A DNA stretch of 64,000 nt, taken from sequence record LC768500.1, one strand, 5' to 3'. Below the pieces are notes generated by a model. The model searched no databases, had not been told where the DNA came from, and worked only from the letters and a program-made list of their open reading frames with translations. Numbering within the stretch: the first letter of the stretch is position 1; each line of letters opens with the position of its first letter. The position numbers and the translations under genes are program-made. Shown in pieces: positions 45,677 to 56,200 of this stretch.

Positions 45677-47836
45677 TTAGGAGTTAGTGGTATCGAGATC
45701 TTCTTCGTTATACGCAGCAAGACTCATGTTCATCATGTACTTACCTTTACGGAACCAGACGTTGGCAACGCTGTTCAGAACAGCTCGGCTACCAGCACCG
45801 GTTTCGTTGTAAGTGCAGTCAACCCGGAGGTCTTTGAACATGGTACCCATACGACGACGGATAGCTGCTTCAGAAGTATCTTTGACGGTTGACGCATAAG
45901 TTGTAGCATCAATGGTCGTATCACCGGATACCAGTGTCCACGCATCGGCTACGATCTTCTCAATACAAACCGCGGTGAAGTTAGTGATCAGGTCCTTCAA
46001 CACGGCGTCGTTATCGTCGTACACTGTTGGAAGTGCAGGACGGTAATACTGAGACGTGTTGTAAGGACGAAGACTGATACCACCTTCATCGAAGTTATTC
46101 GCAGCAGCGTCATCACCTTCGAAGTCCATGGTCGGAGAATGCATCTGGGTCAGAATGCGATTATCGCCATGATCCGGAGAATTCACCGAGCTCAGGTTAC
46201 CGGAGCTGTTACCGCCAAGACGAGCGAAGAAGTAAGCCAGGTCCAGCGTTTGCGGGAATTCAAGGCCGGTGCTTTCGTCGATGATCTTAGCATCCCACAG
46301 GGAGATAGCTGCACGGGACGCCGGAGTGCCGTAAAGCGAAGATTCCGGATACAGACGAATCTTAGTCGCCAGAGACTGCATCATGGAATAACGCTGGGCG
46401 ATGGTGTTGTCTTCCAGCCATTCGGAAGCCTGCAGGATCAGAATCTGATCTTTGCGGGTGTTCCAGAGCTCGATCAGGGCGTTCTTAATATCCAGGTTAT
46501 AACCCACGTCCCAGATAACAGATTGACGGTTGCGCGTCCAATCGTTAACAGTGGATGATTGGGCATAAGCCTTAATATCAGCCAGATACAGAGACTGGGC
46601 TACAGTCCAAGCGTCTTTGATGCTCAGCTGGTCGATATGGCCGTTGTTGGTCGCCGGGTCGAAGTTGTAAGTTCCTTCAACCGGAACTGGCGTAGTCCGG
46701 TCCGCTTTCAGGAACGGAGAGATGCCGCCAGCAGCGTCAATGTAACCGGAGTTAGCGAACGGGTTAGCGTCATCCACCAACATACACGCATAATACGGAA
46801 CGTTGGTATGGTTAGTCAGCGTGAACGGGTTCATCTGACGAATTGGGTTGACACCCGTTACGTTAACAAGCGCTGATTTACCAGCAGCCAATTCCGCCGC
46901 ATACAACGCCGCACAAACTTCCTGGATGTTCTGATCGTAAACCTTGACTTCGTAGAACGGAGCAGGGCGCAGAGTTACCTGACGGTTAACGTTAGCGTTG
47001 GTGAAGTCGCCCACTGCGGTCGCCAGGCTGTAACGAACATCGTACTTGTCTTTGGTGTTGAACAGCGTGTACGTTGCCGATTCACCGCCATTAACGTTGG
47101 AGAAGAAAGTCGGGACGCCCGTAGAAGATTTTACGTACATTCTCATTGAGAACGGGAACACGCCGTATTCTTCAACGAAATCTGACACCGAATCCCAATC
47201 CGTGGAAGCATTGAGGCCCATGGTCAAACCGTGCAGGTTATATGCGTCACCAACACCAGCCGGGAGTTCGAAGAACGGATACTGAGTAAACGTAACTTCT
47301 TCCCCATTCACCGTTTCGGTGAACGTCGATTTTACGAGCTTGCCGTATTCTGGCGTGGTCGGCGCGGTAACGTCGAGCTTAACCAGTTTAACGTAAACGC
47401 CCGGCACCGCGGTACCACCGGTAACAGGGATCAGTTCACCATCGTCGTCGAAAAGATAGCTGCCGTCAGTCGCACGCTGATACTGAGGAATAGATGTACC
47501 GTTCCCGATAGCGATAGCGTAAGCAACACGAGCTACTACGGTGTTGGCGGAAACACGGCGTACACCAAAACCACCCTGACCGCCGGAGGTGATCATCGAG
47601 ATCAGCTGAGATACCGCGGAGTAATAAGGGGTATCAGGATCCAGGATATCGCCGTAAAGATTGGTAAAGTCACTTGAGTTTATGAAACTCTGTCCGAGTT
47701 CACCCTTAGGGGTGACTACGGGAATAACCGGGTAATGACAAGGATACGTAGGCAGAGACGTTACCGGGTTTAAGCGGCTCTTATCGTCCATACCGTTATT
47801 GATGACTTGTCCCGGAATGATTTTTGTAAAGCTCAT
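45677..47836 (-). CDS. Contractile tail sheath protein (phiKZ gp29-like)
   Basis: 719 aa; TPKG..G, F..LYGD, YRPALPTVYD motifs; strong codon bias. Confidence 0.85.
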   Translation of the reverse strand: MSFTKIIPGQVINNGMDDKSRLNPVTSLPTYPCHYPVIPVVTPKGELGQSFINSSDFTNLYGDILDPDTPYYSAVSQLISMITSGGQGGFGVRRVSANTVVARVAYAIAIGNGTSIPQYQRATDGSYLFDDDGELIPVTGGTAVPGVYVKLVKLDVTAPTTPEYGKLVKSTFTETVNGEEVTFTQYPFFELPAGVGDAYNLHGLTMGLNASTDWDSVSDFVEEYGVFPFSMRMYVKSSTGVPTFFSNVNGGESATYTLFNTKDKYDVRYSLATAVGDFTNANVNRQVTLRPAPFYEVKVYDQNIQEVCAALYAAELAAGKSALVNVTGVNPIRQMNPFTLTNHTNVPYYACMLVDDANPFANSGYIDAAGGISPFLKADRTTPVPVEGTYNFDPATNNGHIDQLSIKDAWTVAQSLYLADIKAYAQSSTVNDWTRNRQSVIWDVGYNLDIKNALIELWNTRKDQILILQASEWLEDNTIAQRYSMMQSLATKIRLYPESSLYGTPASRAAISLWDAKIIDESTGLEFPQTLDLAYFFARLGGNSSGNLSSVNSPDHGDNRILTQMHSPTMDFEGDDAAANNFDEGGISLRPYNTSQYYRPALPTVYDDNDAVLKDLITNFTAVCIEKIVADAWTLVSGDTTIDATTYASTVKDTSEAAIRRRMGTMFKDLRVDCTYNETGAGSRAVLNSVANVWFRKGKYMMNMSLAAYNEEDLDTTNS

Positions 47837-47872
47837 GCTCTAAGCCTCATATTCGGAAAACGTTTTATTAAG

Positions 47873-47896
47873 ATATTTTTTTGATCAAAAAAATAT
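47873..47896. repeat. 24-bp perfect palindrome in the divergent intergenic region
   Basis: ATATTTTTTTGATCAAAAAAATAT. Confidence 0.85.
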
Positions 47897-47994
47897 AGAT
47901 GGCCGGCAATCGTATGTCTAGAGTCACCATAAGTTACTCTCGTTTAATTTAACCGAACCCGGCACATAACATTCAACATAAGGAGCGGGGAGTC

Positions 47995-48873
47995 ATGCTT
48001 CTCAACGCATACGAAACCACAGTTGGCAAACCCTTTGCGATCATGGATAAAGTCCAGGGCGTCCTAAAATCGTTAGCGACGATGGATGACTTAGACCATT
48101 CCAGTAAAGAAGGGGTTTATTTCATTACTTATGAAAACGGCAGCCAACTTCCTCTTTTTATTTTCCCTTTAAGTTTATTGGATCATCAGCGTCGTAAAAT
48201 CACCGTTGTTGACAAGCGCCCCTTCTCCAATAAAAAAGACATCATCATTAGCCCTGTGGAATTTATCGGGCAGTTCACCGCGGCGTGCATTCAGCAAGAT
48301 GTGTTTGAAGGAAACTTAAACACCATCAAAAATTCTCGTTATCTGACGACTCGCGGATACGCCAAATCCCTCAGCAATCGCATTGGGCGTCAGAGCGGTT
48401 TAGACCCAAGAGAAATGATTGAGCTCGCCATCATTCTAGGTCACTTCTTTGTGTGTCTCACAGAGAAGCAAAACGACGATTACCAGTTCGTTAGCGCCAA
48501 CGTACTGAAAAATGCGTTGCAATTAGATCAGAGTATGACTCAGCCTATTATTGAAGAGATGGGGTTCATTTCAACCATCCCTGAGCTGACCAAATATATC
48601 GCTGATCGACCGGGCTTTTTCAAACTGAAGAATTTCACCCAAAAAGATTTTATCGGGTTGGGTAGCAACATCATCTTCAGTAACCTCGGCAAACAGGTTG
48701 TTGGTGCAGCTCTGGAACACCCTCCATTATTTACCGGATTATGTTTTATGGCGCTGAAGAACAGAATGTACCTTCAGACTGTTTTGGGTCAGCAAATTGA
48801 TCCTAAGTACAACGAAAGATTAACCGATAGCTTTGTTAAAATGATCAACGGGAATTATCCCGTCCAACTTTAA
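47995..48873 (+). CDS. Conserved virion-associated protein (phiKZ gp28-like)
   Basis: 292 aa, divergent from the sheath; synteny. Confidence 0.65.
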   Translation: MLLNAYETTVGKPFAIMDKVQGVLKSLATMDDLDHSSKEGVYFITYENGSQLPLFIFPLSLLDHQRRKITVVDKRPFSNKKDIIISPVEFIGQFTAACIQQDVFEGNLNTIKNSRYLTTRGYAKSLSNRIGRQSGLDPREMIELAIILGHFFVCLTEKQNDDYQFVSANVLKNALQLDQSMTQPIIEEMGFISTIPELTKYIADRPGFFKLKNFTQKDFIGLGSNIIFSNLGKQVVGAALEHPPLFTGLCFMALKNRMYLQTVLGQQIDPKYNERLTDSFVKMINGNYPVQL

Positions 48874-48884
48874 AAGGAATGGAC

Positions 48885-51482
48885 ATGAGTGTGTCGTTAG
48901 TTCAACCAAGAACTGACTTGATACGTTACGCCGAGTCCAATATGTGGTCGTCTCCCTATAACGATCAACAATTCAGGCTGGAGCTACAACGTATCAGTCC
49001 CCCAGTAGGGTTGGTCAATACCTTTACGTATATGGGTAAAGGGAGAGGATTACCCGATTCCACTACCCCTCATCACGTCTATACTCTTAGTGGTACCTCG
49101 CTAGGGTACTGGAACTTCATCAACAAAAATATAAAAACTAATCCAGTTGATACCTGGGTGAGAGTTGATTGGCTCAGCCATCAACGTGGTGTTTATATTG
49201 AACTTTATCGCCCGGACGGCAGAATCTATCCAAGAGATTGCGCGTGGATCATGCGGACTTATGACGGTGCACACCTTCTTTGTGTGGAACGTTTAACCAA
49301 CTACCCGCTGCCATTAAACGATAACTTCTATCTACGGTGTTATACCCCTGATTGGGATATTTATCGTGGGGTGGAAGGAACCGACGAAAATAACGGGTTT
49401 CAGTATACCAGTTTCGTTGGTCCAACTCAGGCTAATCTCACGGCGCTCCAAACCCAACTCAATACGTGGAGTGGTTTAGGCGGATTATCGTCCATTTATG
49501 TCGATGGAATAAAATGTCCGTCTCTTCCTACCGTGTCGGCTGTTACGTCGAATACCATCGTAGAGATTTTCTACGATCCGACCGTTTATAGAGTCGATAA
49601 CTACGACTTGAAAACTCTGCCGGACTTCTATTCTGATTTGGATAGCAAGCGTAAATACATCGTCCACCCTCCTAAGGTTGAAGGTGACTGGGCGTTCCGG
49701 TACTTCGACGATTGCGACATCTACATCACGACCCCAACCGGGAAAGGGTTATATTTCAATATCAATAGTCCGGATGCATTGCGTCAACTCACTCACGCTG
49801 ACTATAGTGTGAGCGCTGATTACGTCGCGACCCTTATTGATACCCTGGCTGATCTTAAGAATCGAGACGATCTGAAATTGCAGGTGATTTATCGCAGCAC
49901 GAACTGGAGTCACGATCTCGTATGGGAAGCCAATCGAATCAGGTACCTTTACCGTCTTGATGATAATGGAATAATCAACGCAATGACTGCGGTTCACTCC
50001 ACGTTGCCTGAATGGACAGCCAGTGGTTTGGAAAATTCTTATTCCATGCTGATCAACAGACAGAAATGGGGAGAGCTGACCGATGAGAATATCGTTAAAG
50101 CGTTAGGGTTTAATGCCCTGACACAAGCTTTAGCATCATCACCGGTATCAATGCCCTACGTGGAAGGATACGCCGGTTACGACGTTCCTGTTAGCTTCCA
50201 GGAAGCTTGCGTGGCTTTTGAGTACGATGCCGATGGATTGCTCATCAACAATTATCCGTTGACTAACGCACTGAAATACGCTCCTAACAATCCAACCTGC
50301 GCCATGGTGGAGTTCATCGCTGGTAGTCCGGCCATCACCAGACATCAAGTGATTGGGAGTGATCCGGTTACGCTGTTGAGTAACTGGTCTTATTTAGCAT
50401 TGCAATCCGGCCGGTTAGTTTCCACCGGGGAATCTGACGGGAAATGGGCACCTGCGGTATTGGGGACTGACTATACCGTTACCAATGGTGTTCTTACCTG
50501 GATCCATGATTCAACAAACCGGATAGGTAGAGTTATCTTTAACGATGTTTTCCTTTACAAGGATTTCACGTTATCGCATCTCGACAACTCTATTTATTTC
50601 GCCATTACCGAAATATGGGAAGGCGGCGGGATAGCTGCGGACATCGCGCCGGCCAACATCTATATTTGGATGAACGGTCATCCCCTCATTCTTAACGTCG
50701 ATTACGTGATGGATTACCCTAGAGTGTTCATCAATAACAAGATGTATTTGAATGAGAGCGGAGAAAACGATTTTGTCGTGGCTGCGTTCGGGATAAGTAC
50801 GAGTTTAACTCAGCCGGTAGAAGAATCTGAATTAGGTTATATCGTCGGTGGGACCATAGGGGTTAACGGACGTTACAATATCCGGGACGGAAGGGATACA
50901 AGGCTTATCGCTGCGGGTCGCTTATTCCCATCTGGCGGTATCGATGATTCAGAGCAACACGCTCCTCAGAACGCCGGTTATTCTCTCAACGGTTACCCGT
51001 ATCAGGTTAAGCACGTTTATCAGACCGTTCAAAAAGCGGTGGATTTTAATAACTATCCTCGGTACGCCGAAGACAGGGATTTGGATAATCGCATCTGTAC
51101 TTACCTGACGACGTATTGTGAGAAACCAGGACCTATTGTTTGGCCTAACATCTCCGACAAATACAGATTGTTTAGTCCTTTCCTGAATCAGATCGTAAAC
51201 GCAATATTGCTGAAAATCATTACCGTCCCTGCACCAACCACAGGTGGGGTATTCAGTAAACAGGTGATCAATGAGCTAACCAAAGATTATCAATGGTTGC
51301 TTGATTACGATCCGGCTTTCTTGAAATACGACTTACGGTATTACACGATCAATCCGTTTTCCATGGCGGGTATGCAAACTGTAACAACCGCCCAGTTACT
51401 CTTCATCACTCAGGTTAACGAAATCTATCTCAATAGCGCGTGCGGCATAGAGGGATATTTTGAGGTAAATAATAATGTTTGA
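48885..51482 (+). CDS. Virion structural/baseplate protein (phiKZ gp27-like)
   Basis: About 865 aa; synteny between sheath and terminase; AGGA spacing favours ATG 48885. Confidence 0.7.
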   Translation: MSVSLVQPRTDLIRYAESNMWSSPYNDQQFRLELQRISPPVGLVNTFTYMGKGRGLPDSTTPHHVYTLSGTSLGYWNFINKNIKTNPVDTWVRVDWLSHQRGVYIELYRPDGRIYPRDCAWIMRTYDGAHLLCVERLTNYPLPLNDNFYLRCYTPDWDIYRGVEGTDENNGFQYTSFVGPTQANLTALQTQLNTWSGLGGLSSIYVDGIKCPSLPTVSAVTSNTIVEIFYDPTVYRVDNYDLKTLPDFYSDLDSKRKYIVHPPKVEGDWAFRYFDDCDIYITTPTGKGLYFNINSPDALRQLTHADYSVSADYVATLIDTLADLKNRDDLKLQVIYRSTNWSHDLVWEANRIRYLYRLDDNGIINAMTAVHSTLPEWTASGLENSYSMLINRQKWGELTDENIVKALGFNALTQALASSPVSMPYVEGYAGYDVPVSFQEACVAFEYDADGLLINNYPLTNALKYAPNNPTCAMVEFIAGSPAITRHQVIGSDPVTLLSNWSYLALQSGRLVSTGESDGKWAPAVLGTDYTVTNGVLTWIHDSTNRIGRVIFNDVFLYKDFTLSHLDNSIYFAITEIWEGGGIAADIAPANIYIWMNGHPLILNVDYVMDYPRVFINNKMYLNESGENDFVVAAFGISTSLTQPVEESELGYIVGGTIGVNGRYNIRDGRDTRLIAAGRLFPSGGIDDSEQHAPQNAGYSLNGYPYQVKHVYQTVQKAVDFNNYPRYAEDRDLDNRICTYLTTYCEKPGPIVWPNISDKYRLFSPFLNQIVNAILLKIITVPAPTTGGVFSKQVINELTKDYQWLLDYDPAFLKYDLRYYTINPFSMAGMQTVTTAQLLFITQVNEIYLNSACGIEGYFEVNNNV

Positions 51483-53190
51483 TACCAGCACCACATCGAC
51501 CACATCAAGTACGAGTGTTGCGGCGACGGGTCCTCAGTTACCTAACTCGAATGATCTACTCACCCCACTCGATATTTCCAACCTTTACGATCCGGATACG
51601 GTAGCTGATTCTGATGCGTCCAAATACATCGTTGGTCGTGAAGGCCAAACTGTCATAGACGGATTGAACCAACGAGCTTACGTCATTACTCACGTTGGTA
51701 CCGAAGATGCGAAATACAAATCAACGTTAAAACGGATAGGATTCGTTACGGATAGCGACGACAACTCCAGTGACATCATTGGTTTACCGGGACGTTTTGC
51801 CGGCAATGGTGTTTTGGGAATCGACTACAGTGTCAGGCCTCCTCGGGCTGTCGTCGACGGCCGAGTATGGGCTCCTGATGCAGCTTACGGTTTGCTTTAT
51901 AAAGGTGTAGTTATCGGTGATACCGGTCAGGTCATTTCTGTTCAATACGCGACTAACGGTGATTTGATTTCTAATCAGGTCCCGACTAAATTAGCTGCGG
52001 TTAACAACATGACCAACCACAGCATCTTCACCACTACTGCGTTTTCGGTGACTCAAACAGCTGATGAACTCCCTGACGGAAGTTTGTGTACGCTGGTGTT
52101 CTTCGATGCCGCCGGTAACATGATTCCTGAACCTTATGAACTTGGCGTGATGCACACTGCGTTGCTGAGAGATCATCAGATCGGGATCAAGTATGTTTCG
52201 GCTATTGAACTGATTTCTCCTTGGTTCACTGATACGACCGATCCTACTACGCTGAACATTCCTATCAACGTTGCGATGAGTTCGGTTCAATTCTCTGCGC
52301 GCATCCATTATAACGATGGATCAACCAAAGAGCAATTGATTGACGGAACCAAATGTGCGATCATCGGGCTCAATGAATACAAACCTACTACGGTAGGTCA
52401 GCGTGCTTCGATCGTACTTCGTTATTCGTTCGATGAGGGCGAACAGGCTTTAATTGCTACGCCTAATTATCCCGACATGATCACCCAGGCTTATCAGATC
52501 GTTTGTACTCAGGTTAACGGTGCTTACTCTCCAAAACTCTACACGTATCCAGTGTGGAACGGAACAGGGTATTCGCTCAAACATTACCTGTACGATCTTA
52601 CCCGCCGATATGCAACTGACGTCACTCAGCACGTTACGCTCAACGACACGTCGCCAGCCTTCCAGCCGGCCAACTATGGCGTTCAGCAAGACATGGTGTT
52701 TAACCTGACGTTGTCAGACGTATCTTCGACGTTTAAAGCATGGACGCTGGTACAACATACTTCTATTACGTTGTATAAAGCGAATACCGGGACGGGTCGT
52801 CGTTGGGGCATTCGGTACTCTTCTGCGAATAACCCTTACGTCGCTTATAACGTCGGGTATACCGAAGCCAATGGTGTTCAGTCCATTAACCTGGCTGGCT
52901 CCATCCTCACGATTTCTGATTGGTTGAATCGACTCTACTATCCGGTAGAACCATTGATCGATACCACGAAAGAATCGGCGGCTCTGGTTCCTAACTATAT
53001 CCGGTTGGTTGACACTAACGGGGTTACTCACGACCTTGAAATCAACGATTGGAATAAACCTCAAGCTCTCACTTCTCCTGTTGCAAGTGGTCAAACCCTC
53101 TTCCTGCAATGGATTCAGAAATCAGAGAACGGGGCCGAACTCCAATTGGCGACCACGGGTGTTGTTGTAGACGTCGCTCCGAGCAATTAA
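51475..53190 (+). CDS. Virion structural/baseplate protein (phiKZ gp26-like)
   Basis: 571 aa, beta-rich; immediately upstream of terL. Confidence 0.7.
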   Translation: MFDTSTTSTTSSTSVAATGPQLPNSNDLLTPLDISNLYDPDTVADSDASKYIVGREGQTVIDGLNQRAYVITHVGTEDAKYKSTLKRIGFVTDSDDNSSDIIGLPGRFAGNGVLGIDYSVRPPRAVVDGRVWAPDAAYGLLYKGVVIGDTGQVISVQYATNGDLISNQVPTKLAAVNNMTNHSIFTTTAFSVTQTADELPDGSLCTLVFFDAAGNMIPEPYELGVMHTALLRDHQIGIKYVSAIELISPWFTDTTDPTTLNIPINVAMSSVQFSARIHYNDGSTKEQLIDGTKCAIIGLNEYKPTTVGQRASIVLRYSFDEGEQALIATPNYPDMITQAYQIVCTQVNGAYSPKLYTYPVWNGTGYSLKHYLYDLTRRYATDVTQHVTLNDTSPAFQPANYGVQQDMVFNLTLSDVSSTFKAWTLVQHTSITLYKANTGTGRRWGIRYSSANNPYVAYNVGYTEANGVQSINLAGSILTISDWLNRLYYPVEPLIDTTKESAALVPNYIRLVDTNGVTHDLEINDWNKPQALTSPVASGQTLFLQWIQKSENGAELQLATTGVVVDVAPSN

Positions 53191-53202
53191 CGTTCGTTAT
53201 CC

Positions 53203-53232
53203 TAACTACCGGTCTGAAAAGACCGGTAGTTA
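53203..53232 (+). terminator. Intrinsic terminator
   Basis: TAACTACCGGTCT-gaaa-AGACCGGTAGTTA. Confidence 0.75.
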
Positions 53233-53274
53233 TATTTTATATCGAGACCGAGACAAACCGACAGGATAAAAAAC

Positions 53275-56200
53275 ATGTTTGCAAGTAAAGACGAATTAGA
53301 ACTACATCTTGCAAGAGAAAAACTTGCTATGATAGGAGCGACAGAAAGTCAGCTCCCCGAATACCTGCTCGATGACGACACAGAAGCGCTTCCCATCAGG
53401 ACCCCAGAAGAGTTGCTTCTAGCCCATTATCGAGAAGATACGTTAAGCGCGATCAAAACGGTCAGGTTCTTAAAGGACTTCGAACGTTATAACGCTAAAC
53501 CGGATCTGACGACGAAGAACATCTCTTTCTTAAAGGTTGCTGAAATCTTTAGACTGATGGGAATAAAGAATTACTATTTCTGCCTCCAGCTCAACAATCC
53601 GTTGCTGATAGGGGTGGATCCTTACGACCCCAACCTGACAGATGAACAAAAATTCATGATCCTCCAGGAGTGCCGTGAAAACTTCTGGTATTTCCTCCGT
53701 GAAGTACTTCATTTGAGTGGGGGTATTCAGTTCCAGGCAAACAGAGCAAACATCTGTTTCTTATGGTGTTATTTGTGTCACGTCAACACCATGCTTATCA
53801 TTCCCCGCCAATTTGGAAAGCTGAGCAAGCTAGATTCCTTAGTGAAGATCCCAAATGGATGGCGTAGAATGGGTGACATCAAGATTAATGATGTGGTTAG
53901 TACTCCAGATGGGGGTACGGCTAGAGTCTCTGGTGTTTATCCTCAGGGCGTTAAATCGTTATATCGTGTTACCTTTTATGACGGTCGTACGGCGGATGTT
54001 GGCGCCGAGCATTACTGGACTGTTTGGGACCCAGGTAAAGGCGACGGTGGCATCTGGCGCACACTCACTACGTTAGAATGCCAACAACGCATGACTGAGA
54101 TGAAGAAGTCGCATAACTATCTCTCCGTTCCTTTGGTTCAGCCTGATAATGACCCGGACAAGAAACTCGCCATTCATCCTTATGTCTTAGGTGTATTGCT
54201 GGGTGACGGCGGTATTTCTGGCAGTTCTGTTTTAATAACCAAACCCGACAAAGAACTTTACGATAAAGTCTGTAGTCTCATTCCTGATACTCTAGTCGCC
54301 GAATGGTGTAATGAAAAAACATTTGTCATTAAGCGCAGACCTGATGTTGAAGAAAAGACTAACGTAATGAAAGATAGTCTTAAAAGTGTTGATCTGATGG
54401 GCCTTCGGTCCTGGGAGAAATTTGTTCCTACAGATTATTTAAACGGCTCTTATCGTCAGCGTTTAGAGTTGTTGCAGGGTTTACTCGATACTGATGGACA
54501 CGCAGGTACCGGTGGTAACATTGAGTACTGTACGACGTCCCCCAAACTCGCTAAAGACTTCGTTTACCTTGCTCGTAGCATCGGTGCTATCTGTACTTGT
54601 AAAGAACGCCAGACGTATTATACCGACAAAGGAGAACGTAAACCTGGCCGGGTTTCTTATCGCATTAGCGTTCGTTATACGAAACCCTGGGAACTCTTCA
54701 CGTTAAGTCGTAAACGGGATCGTTTAGTTGACAAAACACGAGGGTTAAAATTTAACAGCCGTTTAACCATGCGTTCCATCGAGTATGTAGGGGAAGAAGA
54801 GACTCAGTGCATTGAAGTGGACCATCCTGATCATCTTTACATCATGGATGATTTCGTCGTCACTCATAATACTGTTTCTGCTCAGAGCATTATGTTCTGG
54901 CTAACTTACTTAACCGGGAAGTCTTACGAGTCCCACTTAATCACCCTGAAAGACGATAACCGTAGTCAGTTCGTAGAGGCGTTAAAGGGTATCCGTAACA
55001 ACATCCCGAGTTACTTAACCAACGTGGGGTGGCGAGATAAGGATAGCGGTAACTCGTTAACCTATAGTGCGTTTGGGGATGATAAGAAAAACATCTTCCG
55101 TATTAGCGTGCCGCAAATCGGTAGAGAAGCCGCTCGTAACGTCGGTCGTGGTTTGACTATCAAAACGCGTATGATCGACGAACCGGCATATATCAACTTC
55201 ATGGAAGAGATACTTAACGGTGCAGGTCCTAGTACGCTAACGGCTCGTGCTAACGCCAGAAGAATAGGCGAACCCTACGGGACGGGATTCATTACCACGC
55301 CTGCGAGTAAAACGACAGCCAGCGGCGAATACATGTACAACATGTTGATGGATGCGACCGAGTGGCGAGAAACGTTCTTCGACAGTTTTAACGAAAGTCA
55401 TCTGTACCAGCGTTTGATTAAAGCGAGTCCTGTGGAGGGAATCACCAGTCCTACCGTAGGCATGGTTTTCAACTACTTGCAGTTGGGTAGGAATAAAGAC
55501 TGGGTTAAGAAAACCATAGACGAGTTAAAGTTAAGTTTAGCCGAAGCGAAGATTGACTTACTGTTAATGTGGGACGATGCCAGTAAAGGTAAACTTTTCG
55601 ACGACTTAACTCGAGAAGCATTAAACGAGGGTAAACGAGGAATACTCTGGAGTCAGGAAGTAGGGAGTACGGGGTTGTTCATCGACTGGTTTATTACGCC
55701 AGAAGAACACACTCAAATCATTACTGGGAATAGTCAAACCTTTTACGTCGTCGGTTGTGATACTTCCGCTGCGCAAAACCGAGACGCCTGTACTGTCGTG
55801 ATAAGAGACGTCATGGACGGTAAAGTGATTGGGGTGGGTCGTTATCCGATAGCCTACTTAATGGACGTAGGCGAGGTATTACAGACGATCCTGTTAGAGA
55901 TTAAGAACAGCTTACTGATCATCGAGCGTAACTTCGCGCACCACATGATCGACCAACTGCTCGTTAGTCTTCCTGCATTAGGCATCGATCCCTTTAAACG
56001 TATCTTTAATCAGATCGTACAAGATCCGGTTAAGTACGAAAAAGAAATGATCGAGTTTAAACAACGTAATTTCGCTAACAGAGACAGTCACTTCTATCTG
56101 AGATTCAAACATCTGTTTGGGTTCGTTACCAATGCCAAAACGCGTGACGAAGTATATAGTTTTATCCAGGAAGCCGTAGGGACGACCGGAGATAAAATTT

